Assembly (NCBI GenBank): GCA_963666215.2
Contig: CAXWPL010000002.1
Location: 224,001 to 288,000, forward strand
Direction: 5' to 3'
Source: Acidobacteriota bacterium
GTDB taxonomy: Bacteria; Acidobacteriota; UBA890; WLXD01
DNA: 64,000 bases
Shown here: positions 40,502 to 51,484 of the stretch, one piece after another
Numbering within the stretch: the stretch's first letter is position 1
Layout of the letters: each line of letters starts with the position of its first letter
The notes under the pieces: generated by a model
Told to the model about the DNA's origin: nothing
Databases searched by the model: none
The model's input: the letters and a program-made list of their open reading frames with translations, nothing else
Translations under genes and position numbers: made by a program

Positions 40502-41833
40502 TCAGTGGTTCGAGCCCAACCACTTCTCAGCGTCGAGCGCCGCTCGGCAGCCGTACCCGGCGGCCGTGATCGCCTGTCGGTAGTGGTGATCGTGCACGTC
40601 TCCGGCGACGAACAACCCTTCGATGGGCGTGCGCGGCAGGTGTTCGCCGGTCACGTAGCCAAGATCGTCGAGCTTCACCGAGCTCGCGTGTAGCAGATCG
40701 CTGTTGGGGTTGTGTCCGATGGCGATGAAACAGCCCTCGACCTCGAGCACGCTCTCTTCGTTAGTCTGGTTGTTCTTGACGCGGACGCCCGTGAGGCCGG
40801 TCGGCGCCTCTCCCTCGAACGCCACCACCTCGGTGTTCCACGCGACGTCAATCTTGTCGTGTGCCAGCAACCGGTCCTGCATGATCTGGCTGGCGCGCAG
40901 CTCGTCGCGTCGGTGGATCAGCGTTACCTGGCTGGCGAAGTGCGTGAGGAACAGAGCCTCCTCCATCGCCGAGTCGCCGCCGCCCACCACGGCGATCGGC
41001 CTGTCGCGGAAGAACGCCCCGTCGCAGGTCGCGCAGGTCGACACGCCGTAGCCTCGCAGTTCGAGCTCGTTGGGGACGCCGATTTCCTTCGGTGAAGCGC
41101 CCGTGGCGACGATCACAGCATCGCATCGGTAGCGCTTCTTGTTATCGACGACCACGGTGAACGGGCGCTCGTCGAGCTCGAGCGCAGTGGCTTCGCCACG
41201 CACGAGCTCGGTACCGAAGCGCTCCGCCTGTGCCTTCATGCGCTCGATCAGCTCCGGTCCTTGAATCCCTTCCGGAAAGCCGGGGAAGTTCTCCACGTCC
41301 GTGGTGGTGTACAGCTGTCCGCCAAACTCGGTGCCGGTGATCAGAAGCGGCTCCAGGTTGGCGCGCGCCGCGTAGATCGCGGCGGTCAGTCCAGCGCAAC
41401 CCGAGCCGAGGATGATCACTCGGCGCTGCGGTTCGTCGGTCGCCGTGGCCGCAGCATCGTCGTCGGTTGGCTCGGTTGCCGCAGGGTCGGTGTCCGACTC
41501 GCCGGTCTCGTCGTCTCCGAGTCGGGCTGGGCCGTTGACTGTTGGCAGGGCGCGCGGATCGCCGGCCGGCGTGATCGCCGCGCGCAACATCGGCTCGAGC
41601 TCGCCGCGGGAATCGAGCGCGTGCAGGTCGTCAAATCCACCGACGTGCCGGTTGTCGATGAAGATCTGTGGCGCGGTCATGCGGCCGCCGGCGCGCTCGA
41701 CCATGCGTGCCATTTTGTCGCGATCGCCCGTCACGTTGATCTCCGTCCAGGTCGCATTCTTGTCGGCCAACAGCTGCTTTGCCCACGTGCAGTAGGCGCA
41801 AAACTTCTTGGTATAGATCACGATCTCGGGCAT
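40502..41833 (-). CDS. trxB: Glutaredoxin 3-thioredoxin reductase fusion
   Basis: N-terminal Grx (YTKKFCAYC, TAPQIFI...VGGFDDL), acidic linker, then TrxB (GSGCAG, VENFPGF, CATCDG, GGGDSA, HRR, YRQAITAAG). Confidence 0.92.
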   Translation of the reverse strand: MPEIVIYTKKFCAYCTWAKQLLADKNATWTEINVTGDRDKMARMVERAGGRMTAPQIFIDNRHVGGFDDLHALDSRGELEPMLRAAITPAGDPRALPTVNGPARLGDDETGESDTDPAATEPTDDDAAATATDEPQRRVIILGSGCAGLTAAIYAARANLEPLLITGTEFGGQLYTTTDVENFPGFPEGIQGPELIERMKAQAERFGTELVRGEATALELDERPFTVVVDNKKRYRCDAVIVATGASPKEIGVPNELELRGYGVSTCATCDGAFFRDRPIAVVGGGDSAMEEALFLTHFASQVTLIHRRDELRASQIMQDRLLAHDKIDVAWNTEVVAFEGEAPTGLTGVRVKNNQTNEESVLEVEGCFIAIGHNPNSDLLHASSVKLDDLGYVTGEHLPRTPIEGLFVAGDVHDHHYRQAITAAGYGCRAALDAEKWLGSNH

Positions 41834-41903
41834 GTTCGGTCCATTTGACGGTTGTCGGGGGACGCGGGCGAGCCGTCGCGTTCTTCGCAGAGAACCGGCG
41901 ACG

Positions 41904-43682
41904 CTAGGGCGACTGAATCCGTAGGCGCTCGATTTCCTGACGGGCGCGCACGGCGCGCTCCGCTTGCCCCGCGGCTTCGAGGATGGTGGCGAGGCGCTCC
42001 AGTGCAGCCACATCGTCGGGCTGGCGCTCGAGGTGGCGATCGAGAGCGTCGATCGCTTCGTCATGGCGCCCTTCGGCGGCGTACACCTGGGCGCGCAGCA
42101 GGACCGCCTCTCGGCTCCAGATGTCGGGCTGGCGGTCGTCGGCACGCTGCTGGCGGTCGGCCCGAGAGAGCGCCTGGAATTCCTCCATGGCGACGTTCGC
42201 TTCTTCGTCGCGCCCGAGCTCGCGGTAGGCCTGAGCCAGCATGTACGGCGGATCGGGCATCTCGGGATCGAGCCGGGCGGCATCCTTCAAGAAGGCGATC
42301 GCGTCGTCGTAGCGGCCGCTCTGGGCATAGGCTTTGCCGAGCAGGGCCAAGAGCAACGGTTCGTCGAGCGCCGACGACACGACCGGCTCGAGCATTGCGA
42401 CTGCGCCCGCCGGATCGGCCATGGCGAGAGCCACGCGTCCGGCCTGAATTCGTGCCGGTAGCAGATCGGGCTCGAGCTCGACCGCCTTGGCAAATGCCGC
42501 GCGTGCCTCGTCGCTACGCTGCAACTCGTGCAGCGCGAGCCCGTTGTGATGATGCAGCCAGGCATCGTCCGGCGACGTGGCGAGCGCGCGTTCGAAAGCC
42601 TGCAGTGCCTTCTCCGCGCGGCCGGCTTGCAACAAGGCGTTACCCGTCAGCAACAGGACCTCGGGGTCGATCGAGCGTTCGTCGAGCGCTCGCTCTGCCG
42701 CGTCGCCAGCGTCGAGTCGAAGCCCGAGCTGCAGATAGACCTGCGCGAGCTCCGCGGAGGCGCCGAAGAAATCGGGGTCGGCCGCGATTGCCCGCCGAAA
42801 GTGCGCTGCGGCGCCAACCAAATCGTCGCGAGTGCCGTTCGCCGCCAGCGTCCGCGCCAGGTCGACGCTGGCAGCCGGATAGGGTGGGTCGATGGCGGCA
42901 GCGCGATCGAGCGCTTCGCGTGCCTCGGCATCGCGCCCGGCCGCCGCGTGGATGAGCGAGAGCTCGTGCCAAAGGGGTGCATATCCGGGTTTCTCGACGA
43001 GAACCCTGAGCGCGTCGTCGACGCCTTCGTCGTAACGCTCCAGCTGGCGCAGCGCCCGCAGCCTATAGGTCAGAGGCAACTCGGCGTTGGGAACGGTCGC
43101 GGCCGTACGAGTAAGCGGCTCGAGGGCGCCGGCCGCGTCGCCGGCGAAGAGTCGGGCCGTGCCGAGGTTGAGGAGCGCCTGCGCTCGCGTTGGGTGGTTC
43201 GGAGGGTACAGTTCCACGCAACGAGCGAACATTTCGGCCGCTTCCTCGAAACGATCGAAGCCCGAAAGGAGCAGGCCCTTGGCCCACCAGGCCGAGGGGT
43301 TGTCGGGAGAAAGCTCGATCGAACGGGTGTATGCCGTGAGAGCCTCGGCTGGTTTGCCGATGGGCTCGAGTGAGGCGCCGAAGAGGAACCAGAGATCGGC
43401 ACGATCTGGCCGATCGCGCAGCGATTGCTGCAGGAAACGAGCCGCTAGGTGGTATTCTTCGGCCGCCAAGTGCCCCTCGGCCTGGCGCACGATCGGATCG
43501 GTGGGGGTCGGTTGAGCCGAAACCGCCTGAGCGACTCCAGGAGCGACCGCCGCTGGGCCGGCGTGAGCGAGTCCAGCGATCACCGTGGTCGAGATCGCCA
43601 GTGCAACCCCTGCGAGGAGGCCGCGCAGACGACGTTGTGGCGGTACTGGATGTGCGCCTGAGAGGCTGAGGCGTAGGGTCAT
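41904..43682 (-). CDS. Secreted TPR-repeat protein
   Basis: Signal peptide (LAHA) and many TPR units (A..P...AW...G). Confidence 0.85.
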   Translation of the reverse strand: MTLRLSLSGAHPVPPQRRLRGLLAGVALAISTTVIAGLAHAGPAAVAPGVAQAVSAQPTPTDPIVRQAEGHLAAEEYHLAARFLQQSLRDRPDRADLWFLFGASLEPIGKPAEALTAYTRSIELSPDNPSAWWAKGLLLSGFDRFEEAAEMFARCVELYPPNHPTRAQALLNLGTARLFAGDAAGALEPLTRTAATVPNAELPLTYRLRALRQLERYDEGVDDALRVLVEKPGYAPLWHELSLIHAAAGRDAEAREALDRAAAIDPPYPAASVDLARTLAANGTRDDLVGAAAHFRRAIAADPDFFGASAELAQVYLQLGLRLDAGDAAERALDERSIDPEVLLLTGNALLQAGRAEKALQAFERALATSPDDAWLHHHNGLALHELQRSDEARAAFAKAVELEPDLLPARIQAGRVALAMADPAGAVAMLEPVVSSALDEPLLLALLGKAYAQSGRYDDAIAFLKDAARLDPEMPDPPYMLAQAYRELGRDEEANVAMEEFQALSRADRQQRADDRQPDIWSREAVLLRAQVYAAEGRHDEAIDALDRHLERQPDDVAALERLATILEAAGQAERAVRARQEIERLRIQSP

Positions 43683-43962
43683 GGTGATGTCTTTGCAGCG
43701 GGGCGGGGAGTCGAGCGGGGTCAAGAAAAGGAGCCTCGGGCCGTTTGCCGAGGGAGACGCCAGTGGCGAGCTTGTTGAGTGGGCCACTGGGTTGCCCGGC
43801 TAGCTGATCAACCGACTGGCTAGCGAGGCAGGCCGCCCAAGGGGGAAATCCAGGAAGCTCGTGTGCGACCCGGGAGCGAGAATTCTACCGCACGCCCGCG
43901 CTGTCGACGACAGTCGCTCGGTCGGGCTAGGCAACGATACTCACGATCGCCTGCTGGTGCCG

Positions 43963-46900
43963 TCAGTCCTGCTGCGCGCCTATCGAGTCGGGGGATCTCG
44001 CCGGGAGATCCCGTTGAGCAACCACACCGCGTCCCTCCGCAATCAGCAGCAACTGCCCGGAGGCCACGTCGCGGATGACATCGTCGGTGCCGCTGGGCCA
44101 AGCGACGTGGATCTCCACCAGCGACCCAGCCTGAATCCCGAACGTCAGCGTCGCATCGCTGGCCGACAAGTACCCGCCGGCCGTGCGAACGAAGCGGCTC
44201 AGTTGTTGGCCACCGGACTTGACGGTTACCCGTGCCCCGATGCCGTCGCGGTTGCTGCTTTCGCCGCGTAGGCGCAGCTGCAGTGAGCGGCCACCAGCGC
44301 GAGTGTCGTTGCGCAGCAGAGTCGGGGCTGCATCGTTGTTCGTTACCAAGATGTCTTCGTCGCCGTCGCCGTCGTAGTCGCCCACCGCGCTGCCACGGCT
44401 CGACGCCAGCAGGTCTAGCCCGGGACCGCCGGCGCCCGCGGCGATCTGGCGCAGCCGGCCTTCGCTGTTGACGAAGAGCTGATTGCGCTGCGCATAGCTC
44501 GACCCGACGTCGATCTTGTCGACCGCGGGGTAGATGTGCCCGTTGGTGACGAACAGGTCGAGATCGCCGTCGAGGTCGAAGTCCCGCAGATGCGTGGCCC
44601 AACCGAGGTAGGCGAAGCTGTCGGCACCGACGCCGATCTTCTGCGTTGCGTCGGTGTAGGGAACCGTGCCGGTGTTGCTATAGATGGTGTTGAAGTCGTG
44701 GGAGAAATTCGTGACCACCAGATCGTCGTAGCCGTCGGCCTCGATATCGCCGGCTGCGATGCCCATCCCCGCCTGTGCCCTCCCGTCGCCGCTGTAGGCG
44801 GCACCGTACAGCAGCCCGCGCTCGGCGAAGGTGCCGTCTCCCTGGTTTTCGAACAGCAGGTTGGGGGTGCCGTCGTTGGCGACGTACAGGTCGACGTCGC
44901 GATCGTTGTCGATATCGAGCGGCAGCACGCCCAGGCCATAGAACTCTGCGTCGGCGAGCTCCCGCTGATCCTGCGGCTCGAACTCGAGGCCGCCGGTGTT
45001 CCACAGCAGGCGGTCCGGCTCGGCGTCAAGACCGGCCGGCCCGCACATCCCATAGACGCCGTTGAATCGACACAGCTCCTTGCCATCGAACGGCGGTGAG
45101 TTGCGATCGAAGGCGAGGTAGTTGGTGACGTACAGGTCGAGCTACGAGTCGCCGTCGAGGTCGGCAAAGGCCGCCGACGTGCTCCAGCGTCGATCATCGG
45201 CACGAGCAGTGTCGGTGATCTCCGCAAAGGTGCCGTCGCCGTTGTTACGATAGAGCAGGTTGGGGCCGTTGGCAGTGACGTACATATCTGGGAAGCCGTC
45301 GTTGTCGATATCGCCCACGGCGATGCCGCCGCTCCAGTTCCGGCCATCCACACCGGCGCGCGCCGCAACATCAACGAAGCCGCCCGCCGCGCCCTGCCGC
45401 AAGAGCACGTCGGGCGGCCGGTCGACGACCTCGATCGTCATGCCGCCAGGCACGCCCTCGAGCGGCACGTAGCGAACGCCGTTGCCGTTCGGCAGCATCA
45501 CGTCGAGGCGCCCGTCGCGGTCGAGGTCGAGCCAACCGGCGCCGCTGCCGGGGCCCTCGACGATAAAGAGCTTCTCCGGATGGCCGTTGACGTTGCGTGC
45601 CGTGAAGCCGGCCCCGGCGGCGACGTCGACGAACGGAGCCGCGCCGACAGCGTCGGAGACCGCGGCACCAACCTCGGACGCGGCGCTCGGTGCCGTCACG
45701 CCTCCTTCGTCTGGCGGTTCCGCGCCGCGCTGAGGCTGCTCCACCTGCTCAGGTCGGCTCGCGCGGATGTCTTCAACGGCGTTGCCCGTTGCCGGACTCA
45801 GGGCCAGCGCCCGGCTCGAGAGCTCTTCGATACGCGGGTCGTCGGCGCTGTAGCGAGCGGCCTCTTGCAGGATGGCGAGCGTTTGCTCCGAACGTCCCTC
45901 GTTGAGGTAGATGCGCGCCTGCAGTAGTTGGCGGTCGAAGCGCTCTCGCATCTGCTGTTCGATCTCCTGGCGGCGAACCTCCGGCTCGGCGCGCGAGATC
46001 GACGCCGCTCGCTGCAGGGCGATCGTTGCCTCCGGGTCGCCGAGCTGCTCGAGCGCCTGCGCCAGCTGGGTCCAGGCGCCGCGGCTGCTCGGGTCGTCAC
46101 GGACGGCGGCGCGGAGCTCGACTGCAGCGCTCGTGGCGTCGCCGCGCGACAAGTAGGCCTCTCCGAGGAGCCGATGAGTCATGGCGGTGCGCCCGTCACT
46201 GGGTACCCGCTCGAGCGCCGAGATGGCGGTTGCGACGTGGCTCTCGTCGAGGGCAAGCGCCGAGCGCGCGTGAGAACGCAGCGAACGCCTCCTCGTAGCG
46301 CAGTGCGTTGGCCAGGGCGCTGCCACGACGCATGTGTGCTTCGGCCCAATCGGGACGCAGCTCGCAGGCACGCTCGAGCGGCATCAGCGCTTGCGCGTAG
46401 CGCTCGCGATACAGGTAGGTGTTGCCAAGGTCCAGCCAGGCGCCGGCGAAGTCCGGATAGCGCTCGAGCACCGCCTCGAGCTCAGCCTGGGCGTCATCGA
46501 GCATCGTCAACGCCCAGTAGGCTTCGACCAATTCCATGCGCAGCGGTAGATCGTCGGGTCTGAGTCGTACGGCCGTGCGGTAGGCGGCGGTAGAGCCGCT
46601 GACGAGCTCCGCATCGGACGTCAGCAGCAACAGCGCTCCCAGGGCTTTCCAGGCGCTGGCGAGCTCCGGGTGTTCGCCGGTGAGTCGCTGCAAGCGGCCG
46701 TACGCCTCCAAGGGCGTTTGCGGCGCTATCGCACGAGCCAGATCGACCTCGATCTCAGGATCGTTCGGTGCCAGCGAGACGGCGCGCCTCAGGTAGCTCA
46801 GCGCATCGCTCGGCCGCCCCGATTCGAGGATCGCCAGCCCCAAGCGGTGCAGCGCCAGCGGCCAATCCGGGCGCAGCCCCACTGCTCGCTGCAACGGGAC

Positions 46901-47206
46901 GATTGCGTCAGCGGGGCGCCGCAGGCCCAGAAGGCTCGTTCCAAGGCCCACCAGAGACTCCGGGTCGTTGGCGTTCTGTTCCACCAGTTGCTGGTAGGAG
47001 CGGGCGGCGTCGGCGAACCGGCCGGCACTCAACAGCGCCGCGGCCTCGGTGTTTGCACTGGCCTGCAAGCTCGCCGCCGCGGCGGTGTCGCGAGGCCGTG
47101 GGCCGGCGGCGTCCGCCGTAGCCATCCCGCCGATCCCGAGCCCGAGCGTGAGGATGGCGCAGGTCAGGCGCAGCGACGCGGTCGACGGAACGAGTGTCGG
47201 CCTCAC
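43963..47206 (-). pseudogene. TPR + FG-GAP + ASPIC/UnbV (CRTAC1-like) gene interrupted by a frameshift and an in-frame TAG
   Basis: ORF pieces 46196-47206, 45142-46371 and 43963-45048 join into one architecture; frame change near 46260; DLDGDS*LDLYVTNY with TAG at 45144-45142 in frame. Confidence 0.8.
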
Positions 47207-48786
47207 TGTTCTTCGAGCTCCGCCAGCCGCAGGCGGGCGCGCTCCGCGGCCTCGGTGTCGCCGCGGGCGTCGTGGACTCTTGCGAGCACCTCCCAGATTT
47301 CCTTCCGGCTGGGGGCCAGATCAGCAGCCTGCTGAACGTTGAGCAGTGCCTCGTCGAACCGGCCCTCGGCGTCGAACACCCGGGCACGCAGCAAGTAGAC
47401 CTCGTCGCGACGCTCAATGCCCGATTCCAGCGACGCCGTGCGTGTTTGCTCGCTGGTCGCGTTCAGGGCGCGGTAGGTCTCCAACGCGCGACGTCCCTCC
47501 GCGGTACGTCCAGATCGGACCAGCGCGGTTCCGAGCAGGTAGTGCGCCTCGATCAGATTAGCGCTGCTCTCCACCACACGTTGCAGTGGCGCCGTTGCCT
47601 CGACGGGGTTGCCTTGCGCGAGCAACAGGCGGCCGAACTCGAGAGCCATATCCGGTGTGCGAATGCCACGGCCGACCGCTTCGAAGAGGAGTCCTTCGGC
47701 GTCATCGAACCGACCAGCCTCGGTGAGCGCGCGGGCCGCCTCGGTCAGTGGCATGACCTGCTCGGGCAGCAGCTGAGCCGCGCGGACCAGGGCCTCGCGC
47801 GACTCGTCGCCACGTCCGAGCTGCCGTAGAGCCCTGCCACGGTAGTAGTGAGCCCAGCCGTCCGTGGCTGCCAGACGCAGTGACTTGTCGGCGGCATCCA
47901 AGGCCTCGCGATAGCGCTGCTGCCTGATCAACGTCACGGCGAGGTTGAAGTGCAGGCTGGGTTGGCTGCCGTCCAGGGCCAGCGCGTCGCGCAGGGCGCG
48001 CTCGGCCTCCTCGGGCAGGCCGACCTCGTCGTAGGCTTCGGCGAGAGCGGCGTAGTGCCCGACGTTGTGTGGCTGCAGGGCAATGGCGCGGCGGAAGGAC
48101 GCGGCTGCGCGGAACAGCTCGGCGCTGTCGGGTCGGTCGAGAAGCAATTCTCCCAGCAGCAGATGTGCAGCTGGCTCGTCAGGAAGGGCCGCGGCAGCGA
48201 CGACCGCGGCCTCCACAGCCCCAGGTAGATCGCCGTCACCGCGTCTCGACAGGGCCACGTCCATGGCCAGCCGTCCGTCGTTGGGCTGTAGCGCCCAGGC
48301 GCTCTCGAACGCGATCTTGGCTCCGGTCGGGTCGTTGAGTTGCCTCAGCGCGGCACCCAGATAGGCGTGCGCGCGAGGGTTGTCGGGCTCGAGACGGATG
48401 GCGTTCCGCAACGGTGTGACGGCGGCGTCGGAGTTTCCGAGGCGCACCCACAGCATGCCCAGGCGAAGCTGCGCGCTGGCGCGATCAGGCGCCGCAACGA
48501 TGGCGCGTTCGTAGGCCGCCCGCGCCGCGTCGATCGCACCACCGAGTTCCTCGATGGTGCCCAGGATCTCGAGTCCACCGGCGTGGTCGGGTGCCAGCTC
48601 GACGCCCCGCACCGCTGCCAGTCGAGCCGTCACCAGGTCGCCGTTCTCGGTAGCGGCGAGCGCGCGGCGGAAAAGCTCCTCCGCCTCGGCCTCCGTCCCG
48701 GCCTGACCCGCCGCGATTGTGGCCGTCAGCATAGCCGTCAGCGTGACCATCTCAGCGGCGCGACGAGCGAGAGTAGCGATCAGCAT
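47203..48786 (-). CDS. Secreted TPR-repeat protein
   Basis: Signal-like N-terminus and TPR repeats; its stop overlaps the GTG start of the next gene. Confidence 0.85.
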   Translation of the reverse strand: MLIATLARRAAEMVTLTAMLTATIAAGQAGTEAEAEELFRRALAATENGDLVTARLAAVRGVELAPDHAGGLEILGTIEELGGAIDAARAAYERAIVAAPDRASAQLRLGMLWVRLGNSDAAVTPLRNAIRLEPDNPRAHAYLGAALRQLNDPTGAKIAFESAWALQPNDGRLAMDVALSRRGDGDLPGAVEAAVVAAAALPDEPAAHLLLGELLLDRPDSAELFRAAASFRRAIALQPHNVGHYAALAEAYDEVGLPEEAERALRDALALDGSQPSLHFNLAVTLIRQQRYREALDAADKSLRLAATDGWAHYYRGRALRQLGRGDESREALVRAAQLLPEQVMPLTEAARALTEAGRFDDAEGLLFEAVGRGIRTPDMALEFGRLLLAQGNPVEATAPLQRVVESSANLIEAHYLLGTALVRSGRTAEGRRALETYRALNATSEQTRTASLESGIERRDEVYLLRARVFDAEGRFDEALLNVQQAADLAPSRKEIWEVLARVHDARGDTEAAERARLRLAELEEQ

Positions 48787-49093
48787 CGAGGAGCTCTTCG
48801 TGGGTTATGCGTGCCTGTGGCCCTGCTCCGGGCCAGGATCGGCATCCAAGCCTGCAAGCCAGCCGGCGGGCGGCGTCTCGAGCACTGAACCACGAGCGCG
48901 GCGAACGCGACACTCGACGCCACCGACCGTCGCCCTGTCGCCGACGATTCCGTTACGATTCGCCAAGTGTACGCGACGACGCATGCCGGATTTGGGCGCT
49001 GGCCGGCCGATCTGGATGATCACGATCATCTGAATCGTCGGATCAACCGGCTGGATCGGCGCGAGCAACCTGAACAGCCAGGAGATCCACGAG

Positions 49094-49843
49094 TTGGCGA
49101 CGACGGCAGATGAGCATGGAGTGGCGCTGGTTACCGGCGGCGCGGTGCGTGTGGGTCGTGAGATCAGCCTGACGCTCGCCCGCGCTGGCTTTGCCGTGGC
49201 CATCAACTACAGACGCTCACGCGACGCCGCCGAGCATTTGGTCGGCGAGCTGCGCGACGCCGGTTGCGCGGCCGCGGCGTTTCAGGCCGACATCACGCGG
49301 CACGACGAGGTGGAGGCGTTGGTCGAGCGCGTCGAAGCTGACCTCGGGCCGACCGCCGTGCTGGTCAACAATGCGGCTACGTTCGAGCGTCGTCCTTACC
49401 TCGAGGTCGAGGAAGTGCTGTGGCGCCGCAACGTGCGCCTGAACCTCGAGGCACCGCTCTGGCTCGGCCAGCGCGTGGGACGACTCATGTGGGAGCGTGG
49501 CAGTGGGCGCATCGTCAACATCTGCGGCACGGTGGGAATCGACCCGCCCGGCGACTACGTGTCGTACTGCGTGACCAAGAGCGCTCTCGACACGCTCACT
49601 CGCTGTATGGCAGCGGCACTGGCGCCGCGCGTGCAGGTGAACGGCGTGGCGCCGGGTGCCGTTCTTTTTCCCGATGGCACAGCCGAAGAAGAGCGCGCGC
49701 GCGTGCTGCGTCGGGTGCCGGCCGGCCGCGCCGGTTCGCCGGCCGATGTCGCCGCCACTGTTCTGTTTCTGGCAACTGGCCCCGACTACATCACCGGCGT
49801 GATCTTGCCGGTGGATGGTGGCGCCGGGTTGACGAACGTCTAG
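49094..49843 (+). CDS. SDR oxidoreductase (pteridine reductase/FolM-like)
   Basis: TGGAVRVG, LVNNAA, YCVTK, LAPRVQVNGVAPG, YITG..LPVDGG. Confidence 0.88.
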   Translation: MATTADEHGVALVTGGAVRVGREISLTLARAGFAVAINYRRSRDAAEHLVGELRDAGCAAAAFQADITRHDEVEALVERVEADLGPTAVLVNNAATFERRPYLEVEEVLWRRNVRLNLEAPLWLGQRVGRLMWERGSGRIVNICGTVGIDPPGDYVSYCVTKSALDTLTRCMAAALAPRVQVNGVAPGAVLFPDGTAEEERARVLRRVPAGRAGSPADVAATVLFLATGPDYITGVILPVDGGAGLTNV

Positions 49844-49876
49844 GAGGTTGTGGCGAGCCTACTTGGCGCCGCCAAC

Positions 49877-50629
49877 CTAGCGCAGTGTGAAGGTGACGCC
49901 GGCCAGCAGAGTGTGGGTGTTGATGCCCGGGTTCACGGGGCCGATGTTGGCGTTCGAGACGTGGTGCAGGCGGTACTCGAAGCTCAGCGCCCGACCCTCT
50001 CCGATCGGCACATCTAGCCCGAGCCCGGCGAGCAGCGAGAAGTTGAAGGAAGTCTCGCCTGTTGGCACCTCTTCCGATGCCCGGAGGAATCCCGCGCCGA
50101 GACGGAGAATGGGCAGGACGTCGCCGCTGGTCACGAAATGATGCTCGTACACGAAGTTGACGCCAGCGGCGTAAGCCGTCGGCGTCTGCGCGAAGCGCAT
50201 CGGTGCGAACTCCATCGCAAACCCCGGACGGCCGCCAAGGAAGGGTTGCCCGGCGCTGCCGAACACGCGCGACCAACGGACCACAATCGAGGCGATGTCG
50301 ATGTGGAGGGAGTGGGCAATCTCGTCGGCAACGCCGTAGCCCAGCTGTACCCCGAGTGTGCCGCGGCGCTCCTGTTCGGAGCTCGGCTGGCCCTCTTCGG
50401 GGGCCTCTTGGCACGAGATCCGTGGCGCAAGCGCGGCATCCGCTCCTGCGCACTCGTCGGCAAACGTTGAGCGCGCGGGCGTCGTCACCGTCGCCGCCAA
50501 CGTCAACACCGCAATCAGCGCACGCGAGATCGGTGCGCTCGCGGACTCGCTCGGGCGATGGGGGAGTCCGCGCACGCCGCGGTGGCGAAAGGCCAGTGCC
50601 CTGAGCTTGACGCCGATCCCACTCCTCAA
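49877..50629 (-). CDS. Acyloxyacyl hydrolase / lipid A 3-O-deacylase PagL family (start uncertain)
   Basis: FNF...GL, EYRLHHVSNA...NPGIN. Confidence 0.8.
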   Translation of the reverse strand: MRSGIGVKLRALAFRHRGVRGLPHRPSESASAPISRALIAVLTLAATVTTPARSTFADECAGADAALAPRISCQEAPEEGQPSSEQERRGTLGVQLGYGVADEIAHSLHIDIASIVVRWSRVFGSAGQPFLGGRPGFAMEFAPMRFAQTPTAYAAGVNFVYEHHFVTSGDVLPILRLGAGFLRASEEVPTGETSFNFSLLAGLGLDVPIGEGRALSFEYRLHHVSNANIGPVNPGINTHTLLAGVTFTLR

Positions 50630-50652
50630 CAGGCCTCACCTCACGTCAGTCG

Positions 50653-51303
50653 TCAGAGAAAGAAGGATAGGCCCACAGTCACGAGGTGCGAATTGATGCC
50701 CGGGTTGCTCGTCGAGAAGCCGGCGTTGGAGATGTGATGGAAGCGGTAGTCGACATTCAGGGCAGTCGAGCGACCCAGCAGCCGCTGAATCGACACGCCT
50801 ACCTGCGGCGTGTAGTTGAACCGCGTTTCTCCAGGCGGTACTTCGGTGTTGGCGAACAGCATGCCAATGCCGCCGATAATGGCTGGCCTCCAAGTGCCGT
50901 TGGCGAGCTTGATGCGCGCCAACAGGTTGAGACCGCCGCCGGTGGCACGCGGGTCCTGATCCATCGTGAACAGCGGCAGAACTTCGAGAACGAACGCGAC
51001 ACGGTTGGTGGTGGTCACGCTCGGAACCCAGCGTACGCCGATCTGCTGGAAGTTGGTCCTCGTCCGCGCCGGGTCGAAGACCTTCCCGGTGGCATAGCCC
51101 AAGATCAGCCCGACCTCGCCGCGGGCGCGTGGCGTTTCCCCCGTGGTTTCCTCAGCGGGGCCGGCCTCCTGAGGTGTCGGGCTGGCGTGTGCTTGCGAGG
51201 CGCCGAACGAGCCCAGGGCGAGAGCCACGGTGAGCGGAGCCACATAAGAGAGGACCCAGAGGACGCTCGGGCCACCTACTTGTCGCGGTTCGATTCGGGG
51301 CAT
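50653..51303 (-). CDS. Acyloxyacyl hydrolase / PagL family paralog
   Basis: Signal peptide (AHA), FNYTPQVG, DYRFHHISNA...NPGIN. Confidence 0.8.
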   Translation of the reverse strand: MPRIEPRQVGGPSVLWVLSYVAPLTVALALGSFGASQAHASPTPQEAGPAEETTGETPRARGEVGLILGYATGKVFDPARTRTNFQQIGVRWVPSVTTTNRVAFVLEVLPLFTMDQDPRATGGGLNLLARIKLANGTWRPAIIGGIGMLFANTEVPPGETRFNYTPQVGVSIQRLLGRSTALNVDYRFHHISNAGFSTSNPGINSHLVTVGLSFFL

Positions 51304-51484
51304 GGAGAGGGCCCACTCTGGAGGGTTGGAAGCGAGCAGCATACGAGCTGTCTCGAGTACGCGCTACGTCTCGCTCCTCTGTGTGCGCGGCTTGTGTAGC
51401 GGTCCGAAGGGCAGCGGGCTGTGGCGTAGCGGGTGGGTCGAGCCTCTGTCTGGACGCGCGGCCAGGGACGGGCTCGAGGAGAGC

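Noticed and set aside
45142-45144. In-frame TAG as evidence of amber recoding or pyrrolysine
   Set aside because: TAG is a normal stop for selB, thiolase, lpdA and recD2 in this window, no pyl genes are seen, and the same gene has a separate frameshift.
49008-49037. Imperfect palindrome between the divergent TPR and SDR genes
   Set aside because: Several mismatches, a single occurrence, and no regulator nearby.
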